64,000 bases of DNA, from assembly GCA_039831155.1 (NCBI GenBank), contig JBDONT010000008.1, forward strand, positions 29,318-93,317. Direction: 5' to 3'. The stretch is from Nautiliaceae bacterium. GTDB lineage: Bacteria; Campylobacterota; Campylobacteria; Campylobacterales; Nautiliaceae. Of this stretch, positions 52,952 to 61,874 are shown in pieces. The notes below the pieces were generated by a model. It ran no database searches, was not told where the DNA came from, and saw nothing but the letters and a program-made list of their open reading frames with translations. The position numbers and the translations under genes are program-made. The stretch's first letter is position 1. Every line of letters begins with the position of its first letter.

Positions 52952-54169
52952 GTGCTTTTGGCTACAAACAACAGAGTTAAGACTAAAAACAAAGTAAAAC
53001 TTGCAATCTTAAAAGAACTAACGCACAATTCAAAAGACCTATATAATAAAGCACTATATACTATAAGACAACATTTCTTTTCTACAAAAGAGTATCTATT
53101 ATATCAAGAAGTTTACAAACTTCTAAAATCAAGCGAAGAGTATAAAAGACTTCCAAGCAATGCAAGTCAGCAGACTTTAAAGCAGGTAAATAATGCTTTT
53201 AAAAGTTTTTTTAAACTTCTAAAAGTCAAGAATCAAGGACAAAAAGTCCATATTCCAAGATATTTGGATAAAGATGGACATTTTAAAGTAATCTATACAA
53301 AAATCCATTTAAAAACAATGGACAACGGATATATCAGACTTGCATTGCCAAAATATATTAAAGAAAAATACAAAGTCAATTATCTTTACTTTAAGATACC
53401 AAAACATATCCAAAATAAAGAGATAAAAGAAGTGCATATTTTGCCTTATAAGCCACATTATAAGATATCGTTTGTGTATAGTGATGGAGATAAAAACTAT
53501 AATTACTATACAACAGACGATATTATGGCAATAGATTTTGGAATAGATAACCTTGCAGCTATTATTACACGATATGATAAGCCCATTATACTTGATGGCA
53601 AGTCCTTGAAATCCAAGAACAGATATTTCAATAAGAAAATATCTGTTTTGCTATCAAGTATTACAAAGGGTAAAAATCCAAAAGAGTGGAAAAAAGAGAG
53701 TTTTAAAAGATTAAACATTTGGTATCAAAGAAGAGATAATTACATCAAAGACTATTTGCATAAAACTGCAACTAAAATAATCAATATTGCAATAGAAAAA
53801 GGGATTAAGACTATTGTAGTGGGATACAATAAACTTTGGAAAAACAGATGCAACATTGGAAGAAAAAATAACGAAAAATTCCTCTCAATTCCTCATTCTA
53901 AATTACTTCAATATATTAAATACAAAGCTACTCAACATAAATTAGAGATAATTGAAACGGAAGAAAGCTACACATCAAAATGCGATGCACTTGCATTAGA
54001 GCCAATCCAAAAACACGAAAAGTATCTTGGTAAAAGAGTAAAAAGAGGACTTTTTCAATCAAGTATAGGAAAATTAATCAATGCAGATGTAAATGGTGCA
54101 TTGAATATATTAAGAAAAAGCGTAGCCTGTGATTCTCTCATAAGAGAGATAGCGGGTAGAGGGCATTGA
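52952..54169 (+). CDS. tnpB: RNA-guided endonuclease TnpB
   Basis: LYNKALY, RuvC-I AIDFGIDNL, DYLHK, IVVGYN..WK, EESYTSKCD, RuvC-III NADVNGALNI. Confidence 0.95.
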   Translation: MLLATNNRVKTKNKVKLAILKELTHNSKDLYNKALYTIRQHFFSTKEYLLYQEVYKLLKSSEEYKRLPSNASQQTLKQVNNAFKSFFKLLKVKNQGQKVHIPRYLDKDGHFKVIYTKIHLKTMDNGYIRLALPKYIKEKYKVNYLYFKIPKHIQNKEIKEVHILPYKPHYKISFVYSDGDKNYNYYTTDDIMAIDFGIDNLAAIITRYDKPIILDGKSLKSKNRYFNKKISVLLSSITKGKNPKEWKKESFKRLNIWYQRRDNYIKDYLHKTATKIINIAIEKGIKTIVVGYNKLWKNRCNIGRKNNEKFLSIPHSKLLQYIKYKATQHKLEIIETEESYTSKCDALALEPIQKHEKYLGKRVKRGLFQSSIGKLINADVNGALNILRKSVACDSLIREIAGRGH

Positions 54170-54316
54170 CAAATTTCTGAAAGAAATTTAGGGTTGGTGT
54201 GTGTTCCAGCCTGTAAGGGTATATATCCACCCTTACAAACCTTCCCATAAGGGAAGCCCCACCTATATTACAAAGTAATTAGGTGGAGAGGTTCACTTAC
54301 TCTAAATTTAAAAGAT
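54129..54316 (+). ncRNA. Predicted TnpB omega/reRNA scaffold plus ~20-nt guide (5' end approximate)
   Basis: Stacked hairpins 54134-54149, 54171-54189, 54191-54212, 54212-54237, 54241-54256, 54257-54288; ends TTCAC; flank TTACTCTAAATTTAAAAGAT is the guide. Confidence 0.7.
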
Positions 54317-54387
54317 TTTAAATATATTGATGGTATAAAATTAGTTAAACTTTGATACCATTTCAATAATAAAACAAAGGAGAGATT

Positions 54388-55314
54388 ATGAAATTTAAAC
54401 TTTTCAGTGGTACGGCAAATCCAAAAGTTGCAGAGGATATTGCTTATTATTTGGATAGACCTCTTAGTAATTTAACTGTTAACAGATTTAGTGACGGGGA
54501 AATAAACGTTCAAGTTGGAGAGAGTATAAGAGGGGTTGACTGTTTTATAATTCAACCTACTTGTGCACCGGCTAATGATAATTTGATGGAACTTCTGATT
54601 ATTACCGATGCTATGAGAAGAGCGAGTGCTAAAAGCATTACTGCAATCGTTCCTTATTTCGGATATGCAAGACAAGACAGAAAAGCAGCTCCTAGAGTGC
54701 CTATTACTGCAAAACTTGTTGCCAATATGATGGAAAAAGCAGGAATTGATAGAGTCGTAACTCTTGATTTACACGCCGGTCAAATTCAAGGTTTTTTTGA
54801 TATTCCTGTTGATAATCTTTATGGAAGTATTCTGTTTTTTGATTATTTTAAAGAAAAAAGACTTAAAAATCCTATTATTGCATCTCCTGATATAGGTGGA
54901 GTTGCAAGGGCAAGGTACTTTGCAAGCAAACTTGGTCTTGATATGGTAATTGTGGATAAAAGAAGAGAAAAAGCAAATGAGAGTGAAGTTATGAATATTA
55001 TAGGCGATGTAAAAGGAAAAGATGTTATTTTAATTGACGATATGGTAGATACTGCCGGGACTATGGTAAAAGCCGCAGCGGCACTTAAAGCAAAAGGTGC
55101 TACAAGTGTAAGGGCTTTTGCAACTCACGGGGTACTTAGTGGACCTGCGATTGAAAGAATTAAAGATTCTGTGTTGGAAGAACTTATTATTACCGATACA
55201 ATTCCTTTTAACAAAGAGTGTAAAAAAATAAAAGTGCTTAAAACTGGAAAACTTTTTGCAGAGGTTATTAGAAGAATCGTTTATAATGAAAGTATTAACA
55301 AGCTTTTTGATTGA
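54388..55314 (+). CDS. prs: Ribose-phosphate pyrophosphokinase
   Basis: FSDGE, PYFGYARQDR, DLHAGQIQGFF, SPDIGG, DDMVDTAGT. Confidence 0.99.
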   Translation: MKFKLFSGTANPKVAEDIAYYLDRPLSNLTVNRFSDGEINVQVGESIRGVDCFIIQPTCAPANDNLMELLIITDAMRRASAKSITAIVPYFGYARQDRKAAPRVPITAKLVANMMEKAGIDRVVTLDLHAGQIQGFFDIPVDNLYGSILFFDYFKEKRLKNPIIASPDIGGVARARYFASKLGLDMVIVDKRREKANESEVMNIIGDVKGKDVILIDDMVDTAGTMVKAAAALKAKGATSVRAFATHGVLSGPAIERIKDSVLEELIITDTIPFNKECKKIKVLKTGKLFAEVIRRIVYNESINKLFD

Positions 55315-55868
55315 TGAAAACAGTAAACAAACTTTCAGCTGCTACGATTGAAGTTAAAAAGTCTAAATTTCACTCTTTCCTTATTCCCTTTTCTTTGTTT
55401 GAAGATAAATTAGAAGAATTAAAAAAAGCACATCCAAAGGCCAATCATTTTGTGACGGCTTTTAGGTATTTAAACGCACATAATCAAATAGTTGAAGGAA
55501 GTAGTGATGACGGAGAACCAAAAGGCAGTAGTGGTAAACCTACTTTAAAGGTTCTTCAAGGGAATGATTTGGTAAATATAGGAATTGTTACCGTTAGGTA
55601 TTTCGGAGGTATTTTATTGGGAGTAGGTGGGCTTGTTAGGGCTTATAGCGACGCAGCCAATTTAGCCGTAAAAAATGCCGAGTTGATAGAATATAAGGAT
55701 ATATTTGAGTATACTTTTAGTGTAGATTATGATAAAACAAGAGAAATCGAGTATATCTTAAAACAAAACGACATTTTGGTTGAAAAAAGAGAATTCGGAA
55801 TAGATGGAATTGAGTATACGATAAGAGATGACATAGAAAAAATTAAATTGATAAAGGACATTTTATGA
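55311..55868 (+). CDS. YigZ/IMPACT family protein
   Basis: KKSKF, SDDGEP.G..G.P, VRYFGGILLG.GGLVRAY. Confidence 0.93.
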   Translation: MMKTVNKLSAATIEVKKSKFHSFLIPFSLFEDKLEELKKAHPKANHFVTAFRYLNAHNQIVEGSSDDGEPKGSSGKPTLKVLQGNDLVNIGIVTVRYFGGILLGVGGLVRAYSDAANLAVKNAELIEYKDIFEYTFSVDYDKTREIEYILKQNDILVEKREFGIDGIEYTIRDDIEKIKLIKDIL

Positions 55869-56497
55869 AAAAGTTACTTTTGGTTTTCCTGTTTCCTTTG
55901 ATGCTTTTTGCAGTATCTACGGAAAATATTTTGGCTTTGTCGTGGATGAACGGTTTTTGTAAAGCTCATCCTAAAAAACCGGTATGTTTAAATAGAAAAA
56001 GAGGAGATTACTCTTTAACTCATTTTACCCTTCACGGGCTTTGGCCGGTACATAAAAATTATTGCTCAAATAAACCTTTACATCTATCGTATAGATTTTG
56101 GAAGGTTTTAGAGAAGTTTATGCCGGCTGCTAAATACGGCCTTGCAAAACACGAATGGAAAAAACACGGGACTTGTTTTGGTACAGATGCCAATACTTAT
56201 TTCTTAACGGCAATAAAACTTAATCAGCAGTTTAACGAAACGATGATGTTACAGTTTTTCAGAATGCATATGGGAGAGACGGTAAGTTTAAAAAGAGTAA
56301 GATGGTTTTTTGGACAAGTGTTTGGAAAAGGTGATATAAGAAAATTCCAAATGATTTGCGAAAAGGGATATATTACTGAAATCAGAATTAATTTAAAAGG
56401 AAATCCGGTTGATAAAAATTTAAATTATTTGATAGATAGAGCGGATGAAATGATAGGAAAGAGACAATGTCAAATGGGGATTATCGCAGCTCCTTAA
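55865..56497 (+). CDS. Exported ribonuclease T2-family (RNase I-like)
   Basis: Signal peptide, LALSW..FC, FTLHGLWP (CAS I), HEWKKHGTC (CAS II). Confidence 0.93.
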   Translation: MKKLLLVFLFPLMLFAVSTENILALSWMNGFCKAHPKKPVCLNRKRGDYSLTHFTLHGLWPVHKNYCSNKPLHLSYRFWKVLEKFMPAAKYGLAKHEWKKHGTCFGTDANTYFLTAIKLNQQFNETMMLQFFRMHMGETVSLKRVRWFFGQVFGKGDIRKFQMICEKGYITEIRINLKGNPVDKNLNYLIDRADEMIGKRQCQMGIIAAP

Positions 56498-57768
56498 ATT
56501 TGACTTTTTATTTTTCTTTTTGTTGTAACTCTTAAAATAATTTCTATCAAAAAACAGGCTAAAAAGGCAAAAACCAGGTAAAAGAGTATGTTTTTATCGT
56601 GTTTGGTGTTGTAGTAGATTGTAAGAAAGGCTATTGAAAACATAGCTAAAGCAGCAAAAATTATTAAAATTTTGTTTGCGTTGGTTTTTTGGGTTATAAA
56701 GATGTGTCCTAAATGAACGAAACCTTGAATAATAAGTACGCTTAAGGCTGCAACGGTTGTAATTTCGTCTAAATTAAAAAATAAAATTATAGGAATTATA
56801 ATAGCGGCACTTATAATAAGACCTTCATTGGAATTGAATATATTATATTGGTAAAATTTAGGCAATTCCCCCTCTTTTGCCAATGTATAAGAAATTTCGG
56901 TAGTTGCATATAAAGTTGCGTTTATAGCACTTGCAGTTGCTATAAGGGCGGTTATTGCCATAATTTTAAAGCCCGTTTCTCCAAATATCGGCATTGCTGC
57001 TTTGGCAAGAGCGTAGTCTTTTGCTTTTATAACTTCTTTTAACGGTAAGTTTCCAAGTACGGCTATACTGGTAGCTACGTATAAAATCATTACTATAACA
57101 ATCGCTAAAATCATAGCTTTTAACATTGTTTTTTGAGGGTTTTGCATATCTTCTACCGTATTTGTAATTACGCTAAATCCCTGATATGCAAAAAACGTAA
57201 GTCCTATGGCAAAAAACATATTTGAAATAGGAGGCATATCTTTTAAACTTAAATATTGAGGATTAACATAAAAAAGAGCGGCTATTGTAAAAATGGTTAG
57301 AATTGAAATTTTTATTCCGACAATTAAGTTTTCTGATTTTGCCACAAAAGAAGCACCTAGTAGATTTATTATTGTAAAAATTAAAACAACTCCTACGGAA
57401 AAAGAGTTTATCATAAAATTACTGTGATATCCAAAAAGTCTTGCCCCATACTCTCCAAAACTTTTAGCAACAGCCCCTAAGGCTATCAATTGAGCAAGAT
57501 AAAACATTATACTAAGAGTACTGGAGAAGATGTTTTCTTTGTATTCTTGAGTGATGTATTCTATTATTCCGCCTCTACTTGGGAATCTTAAAGCTAGTTT
57601 TGCTAAAGAGTATCCACTAAGTAAAGCGGCTATTCCACCAAATACGAAAGAAAGCCATACTATGTTTCCGGCAATGCTTCCGGCTTCACCTATTACTATA
57701 AATATTCCGGCCCCTACCATTGAACCGATTCCCAGCATTGCAGCAGAGATAGTATTAAACGCTTTCAT
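56494..57768 (-). CDS. APC-family amino acid permease
   Basis: GSMVGAGIF, FFAYQGF, ~12 TM helices. Confidence 0.9.
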   Translation of the reverse strand: MKAFNTISAAMLGIGSMVGAGIFIVIGEAGSIAGNIVWLSFVFGGIAALLSGYSLAKLALRFPSRGGIIEYITQEYKENIFSSTLSIMFYLAQLIALGAVAKSFGEYGARLFGYHSNFMINSFSVGVVLIFTIINLLGASFVAKSENLIVGIKISILTIFTIAALFYVNPQYLSLKDMPPISNMFFAIGLTFFAYQGFSVITNTVEDMQNPQKTMLKAMILAIVIVMILYVATSIAVLGNLPLKEVIKAKDYALAKAAMPIFGETGFKIMAITALIATASAINATLYATTEISYTLAKEGELPKFYQYNIFNSNEGLIISAAIIIPIILFFNLDEITTVAALSVLIIQGFVHLGHIFITQKTNANKILIIFAALAMFSIAFLTIYYNTKHDKNILFYLVFAFLACFLIEIILRVTTKRKIKSQI

Positions 57769-57813
57769 AGCTTTCCTTTTTTATGTTAAAATTTTACCAA
57801 AAAAGGCAAATCC

Positions 57814-58284
57814 TTGAATCAAGATTATGAAGATAGAATGCTTGAGGCTTTTATTCAAACTCCTAAGAAATTTAAGTGGTATAAAGAGGCTTTTTCAAAA
57901 TTTAATATAAACGGAATAAAAAGAGTTGCGTGGGTTTGGAGCTGGTGGGCGTTTTTTGGAGGAGGGTTTTGGTATCTGCTTTATAGAAAAGCTTATTTGG
58001 CAGCTGTTTTGTCTTTTATAATAGTTGTTGTTTTGAATGCGATTTTACCTTTTTGGGGTCCTATGGCTTTTTATATTTTAATGGGAGGGTATTCGGTATA
58101 TTTTGTTTATAAAAAATATTTGAGCTTAAAATCCAAAATCGAATCGAAAATAGAGGATGAAGAAAAAAGAATAGAAACAATGAGAATTCTTGGTGGATAC
58201 AACAGATGGGTGATATGGGTTGCGGGAGTTATTTATTCAATTTTATTTTTACTCTTTGTAGCTTTATTAGTGAATAATTCTTAA
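57814..58284 (+). CDS. DUF2628-like membrane protein
   Basis: WSWWAFF....YLLYRK.Y motif, GG.N.W near the C-terminus. Confidence 0.75.
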   Translation: MNQDYEDRMLEAFIQTPKKFKWYKEAFSKFNINGIKRVAWVWSWWAFFGGGFWYLLYRKAYLAAVLSFIIVVVLNAILPFWGPMAFYILMGGYSVYFVYKKYLSLKSKIESKIEDEEKRIETMRILGGYNRWVIWVAGVIYSILFLLFVALLVNNS

Positions 58285-58758
58285 ATAACCCACATATAAA
58301 ATTCCGGCGGCTATTCCTCCGAATGCTCCTGCTAAAATATCATCACCCATAACCCCTAAGCTTCCGGGGGCTTTTTTGTCTATTTTTCCTATAATCGAAG
58401 GTTTCCAGATATCAAATATTCTAAAGCATATAAAAGCTAAAACAATCTTAATAAGCGTATCTTCTTTTAAATTTCCAAAAACTCCTATGGCAATTAACAC
58501 TCCTGCAAATTCATCGATTACTATTCTTTTATCGTCGTGAATACCGCCTTTTGATTCATAGTCGTTTATAAGTTTAAAACCTATAATCGAAAATAAAACT
58601 ACTAAAAGCCATATTGTAGTTGCCGGATTCGGTAAAAACGTAATTACTAAATAAGCTATTATCGCAGCAACTAAACTTCCCCACGTCCCCGGGGCTTTTG
58701 GTAAAAGACCGCTAAAAAATCCGGTTAATAAAAACCAGTTGAATTTATTATACTCCAT
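58267..58758 (-). CDS. pgpA: Phosphatidylglycerophosphatase A
   Basis: APGTWGS, IVIDEFAG, FRIFDIWKP, GVMGDDILAG. Confidence 0.95.
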   Translation of the reverse strand: MEYNKFNWFLLTGFFSGLLPKAPGTWGSLVAAIIAYLVITFLPNPATTIWLLVVLFSIIGFKLINDYESKGGIHDDKRIVIDEFAGVLIAIGVFGNLKEDTLIKIVLAFICFRIFDIWKPSIIGKIDKKAPGSLGVMGDDILAGAFGGIAAGILYVGYLRIIH

Positions 58759-58767
58759 ATCTTCTCC

Positions 58768-59943
58768 TTAGGTTAACGAGCTTGTCTGATAAAGTTTCAT
58801 TAAAGAGATATAAAAATCTTCTTCTTTGTTTTTTTCTATAAGTCCTTTATTTGGCGAAATATCGTAATAAAGTTTTTGAAGGTTTTCAAATCTGTTCGGA
58901 TACATTTTGGCTAAAAATTTTGCACTAATCTCTTTTCTCATTAATATGGTAGGTGGCATAAGACCGGTTTTTAAAAGTTCAAATATCGAATCACTGTGAT
59001 AACTTATATGGTGGTGGCTTCCGTGAGGACAAGAGTTTACGCTTACTATCGTTTTACATTTGTCGCAATATACGTATTCGTTTATGGTTTCTATATCTAT
59101 GCCTAAATCCATACTGTCGAAAATGCTTTTTAAATGATTCGCCTCATAATGAATTCCAAGCCCTTTATGGGTTTGTCCCATTATAAATTTATTACAACCA
59201 AAATTTTTGGCAATCATAGCATCAAGTATTGCTTCGTTTACTCCCGAAAAGATATAAGTGTTTATAAGAGGTACGATTATTATTTTTTCTTTTGGGAAAT
59301 AGTTATCGACTACATAACTTAAAGCTTCGTATCTTAATTCGTAAGATACTTCTTCATCTTTCATATTTTTAATCAAAAATACAATCAGCATATCGTTTTT
59401 TTCTATCGCACTTCTCATAATTTTTTCGTGGACTCTGTGGATAGGTTTTGCGTGCATAGTCATTCCGACTACGTTTTTTAAATTTTTAATTTTCTCTTTT
59501 ACGAAGTCTATTTTTTTCTTTATGCTCGTATCTTCCACCCAAAACTCCCCGGCTATTGCGTAGCGACCCAGTCTTTTTAAGGTTTTTGCCACTTGAGGGT
59601 AGTTTTTCGTGTCTTTTGTGCCGTATATTGTCTCAACCCTTTTTAAAGGGTCTATTTCGTATATCTCTTCTACGTTCACTTCGCCTACTTTTTTTCCTTC
59701 GCAAAAGAGTTCTATTTTATTTGGATTGGTTTTTAAAATTTCCCGGTTTTTTTTCCCTGCCGGTGCTAAGATAAAAGAAAACGGTACGGGTTTGTTTTTG
59801 TATTTTTTTGTTTCATCTGCCGTTTTTGCTTCTTTTTTATTCATAAGTTTATCTATAGGTTTTAGCAGACCGGCTTGAACCATAGCAAGAGTTATGTAGG
59901 CTTCTTTGTCTATAAAAATCTTATTTTTGTTTAAAGATTCCAT
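58768..59943 (-). CDS. Sulfate adenylyltransferase-like protein with divergent active site
   Basis: PUA-like N-domain, P.HRVHE, AKNFGC..F..G..H.G, YCDKC...CPHG zinc site. Confidence 0.75.
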   Translation of the reverse strand: MESLNKNKIFIDKEAYITLAMVQAGLLKPIDKLMNKKEAKTADETKKYKNKPVPFSFILAPAGKKNREILKTNPNKIELFCEGKKVGEVNVEEIYEIDPLKRVETIYGTKDTKNYPQVAKTLKRLGRYAIAGEFWVEDTSIKKKIDFVKEKIKNLKNVVGMTMHAKPIHRVHEKIMRSAIEKNDMLIVFLIKNMKDEEVSYELRYEALSYVVDNYFPKEKIIIVPLINTYIFSGVNEAILDAMIAKNFGCNKFIMGQTHKGLGIHYEANHLKSIFDSMDLGIDIETINEYVYCDKCKTIVSVNSCPHGSHHHISYHSDSIFELLKTGLMPPTILMRKEISAKFLAKMYPNRFENLQKLYYDISPNKGLIEKNKEEDFYISLMKLYQTSSLT

Positions 59944-60781
59944 ACTTTTTCCTTTTTTCCCACAAACTTTTTCTACTAATTCCCAGTCTCTTGCTAAGTT
60001 CGGTATCCGGCAGTTTATGTTGATGGTTTAAAATGATAAATTTTATATAATCTTCGATTGATAATATTTCGTCGTTTAAAAAGTTCGTTTTAGAGAGTTC
60101 TATTTCCGCTAAGTTATAGTGAGGATAGTTGTTTTCGAACTCTTTGGGAACTATAATTGCGGTTTTATATTTTGATAATACGTTTAGAGTTTCCGGATTA
60201 TCATAAAAATTTTTAGCATAATATATAGTATGTTTATTTAACTCTTTTTTTTTGAAATTTTTTATATTGATAATTTCTATTTCAAGGTTGTTTTTTTGAG
60301 CGTAATCGAATATCAGTTTGTCAACGGCTTTTTGATAATTTGTTTTTATAAAGAGAGGGAATTTTAATTCATCTATTTCTATCTCTTCTATGTCTTCAAG
60401 GAGGGTGTTTATAAATCTTTCCATTTTTTGAGTTTTGTTTTTTAATGAATAGTACTCTTTTAAGTGGACTATTTTTCTAAGCAGCTCTTCTATGGAAAAA
60501 GGCTTTTGCAAATAGTCATCAGCTCCCATTTGGATAGGTTGAGTTACGTTCGAATAGGTTACATACGGAGCCAATAGTATAATTATTTTATCTTTTTTGG
60601 CTTCTATTAATTTTTCTATTTTTCCTTGAAGATTCGTGTTTACTATAAAAACGTCACCTTCCGTTTCCATCGCTTCGTCGTAAGAAGCGAAAATTTCACA
60701 TTTTGCGTTTAATTTCGCACTTAAATTGTTTTGAATGCTTTGAGCTAAATATAATTCGTTTTCAACGATTACAATCTTCAT
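59921..60781 (-). CDS. Atypical orphan response regulator, HP1021/Cj1608/CemR-like
   Basis: IVENELYLAQSI receiver lacking the phospho-Asp, GADDYLQKPF, Fis-type HTH PDTELSKRLGISRKSLWEKRKK; follows ispDF. Confidence 0.85.
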   Translation of the reverse strand: MKIVIVENELYLAQSIQNNLSAKLNAKCEIFASYDEAMETEGDVFIVNTNLQGKIEKLIEAKKDKIIILLAPYVTYSNVTQPIQMGADDYLQKPFSIEELLRKIVHLKEYYSLKNKTQKMERFINTLLEDIEEIEIDELKFPLFIKTNYQKAVDKLIFDYAQKNNLEIEIINIKNFKKKELNKHTIYYAKNFYDNPETLNVLSKYKTAIIVPKEFENNYPHYNLAEIELSKTNFLNDEILSIEDYIKFIILNHQHKLPDTELSKRLGISRKSLWEKRKKYGIFKQK

Positions 60782-61871
60782 ACCAGTCCTTATATGTTAA
60801 TGTTGCCGTTGATATTACGGCTATTCCTTCTTCGCGTCCTACAAAGCCCATTTTTTCGTTTGTTGTGGCTTTTACGTTTACTGGTGCTTGTAGTAGGTTT
60901 GATAAGTTTCTTTGAATTTTCGTTTTATACTCTTTTAATTTGGGTTTTTGAGCTATAATCGAAATATCGGCGTTTACTATCTCATAACCGGTGTAGGTTA
61001 AGGTGTTTAAAACTTCTTCTAAAAGTTTTATGCTTGAGATGTTTTTGTATTTTTTGTCGGTATCGGGGAAAAACTCTCCTATATCTCCAAATCCGGCAGC
61101 TCCCAAAAGGGCGTCGATTAGTGAATGAATTACAACGTCTCCGTCGCTGTGAGCTTTTAGTCCGTAAGGAGTTTTAATTTCCACCCCACCTAAAAACATT
61201 TTTTTATTCTCTTCAAATTTGTGGGTGTCGTATCCGTTGCCGGTTAAAAATAGTTTTTTGGGTGGTTTTAGACAAGGTAGGTTTAAATCTTTAAAATAGG
61301 TTATTTTTTTGCTTTTCTCCGAACCTTCTATATATTTTATCTCTCCTCCTATCGCCTCTATAGCCGCTCTTTCGTCGGTAAATATCTTTTGGGTATTAAG
61401 GGCTTTTTTTAAAATTTTACTGCGACTTAGTTGAGGTGTTTGGATTAGTTTTACTTTTTCTCTATCGATTGTTTTGTTTTCGTATACTATCGTATCTACC
61501 GGTTTTAAAAAAGGCACCGTACAATCGGAAGGGTTTTTTATTAAATTTATTAGTACTTCTTTTGAGATGCAAGCCCTTGCGACATCCGTTACCATTACGT
61601 ATTCGGTGGTTATATATTCCAAGGCTTTTTTAAGACTTAGTTGTCTTTCTTTGTCGCCCGGGACGATTTTATAATCGCTTAGTTTTTCATATAATCTTAC
61701 GTCTTTTGGATTTGCCGTAATTATCGTTTGTTTAAAGTTAAAAAATGAGTTTAGCCTTTTTGCTACAAACAGCCATAAAGGGTCTTTGTCTATTCTTAAC
61801 CACTGCTTTTTTACCGGATAATTAAATCTTGTGGAATTTCCGGCACTAAGTACAATTAAAGTTACGTCCAA
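60762..61871 (-). CDS. ispDF: Bifunctional IspD/IspF
   Basis: LSAGNSTRF..PVKKQWL, QTPQ, GNGYDTH, HSDGDV..H, DIG..FPD, KATT.E.MG; probable TTG start at 61871. Confidence 0.96.
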   Translation of the reverse strand: MDVTLIVLSAGNSTRFNYPVKKQWLRIDKDPLWLFVAKRLNSFFNFKQTIITANPKDVRLYEKLSDYKIVPGDKERQLSLKKALEYITTEYVMVTDVARACISKEVLINLIKNPSDCTVPFLKPVDTIVYENKTIDREKVKLIQTPQLSRSKILKKALNTQKIFTDERAAIEAIGGEIKYIEGSEKSKKITYFKDLNLPCLKPPKKLFLTGNGYDTHKFEENKKMFLGGVEIKTPYGLKAHSDGDVVIHSLIDALLGAAGFGDIGEFFPDTDKKYKNISSIKLLEEVLNTLTYTGYEIVNADISIIAQKPKLKEYKTKIQRNLSNLLQAPVNVKATTNEKMGFVGREEGIAVISTATLTYKDWYEDCNR

Positions 61872-61874
61872 AAC

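Larger units (their letters stand above)
52800..54296 (+). mobile_element. Non-autonomous (tnpB-only, IS1341-type) IS200/IS605-family element
   Basis: Left hairpin CTCCATCTA..TAGGTGGAG (52819-52848), matching right hairpin CCCCACCTA..TAGGTGGAG (54257-54288), right end TTCAC at 54296, preceded by TTTAT; no TIRs or TSD; no tnpA. Confidence 0.88.

Noticed and set aside
54297-54316. TnpB guide targeting a host promoter (TldR-like regulation)
   Set aside because: I saw no second match in the window, and the guide is simply the insertion flank; a whole-genome search is still needed
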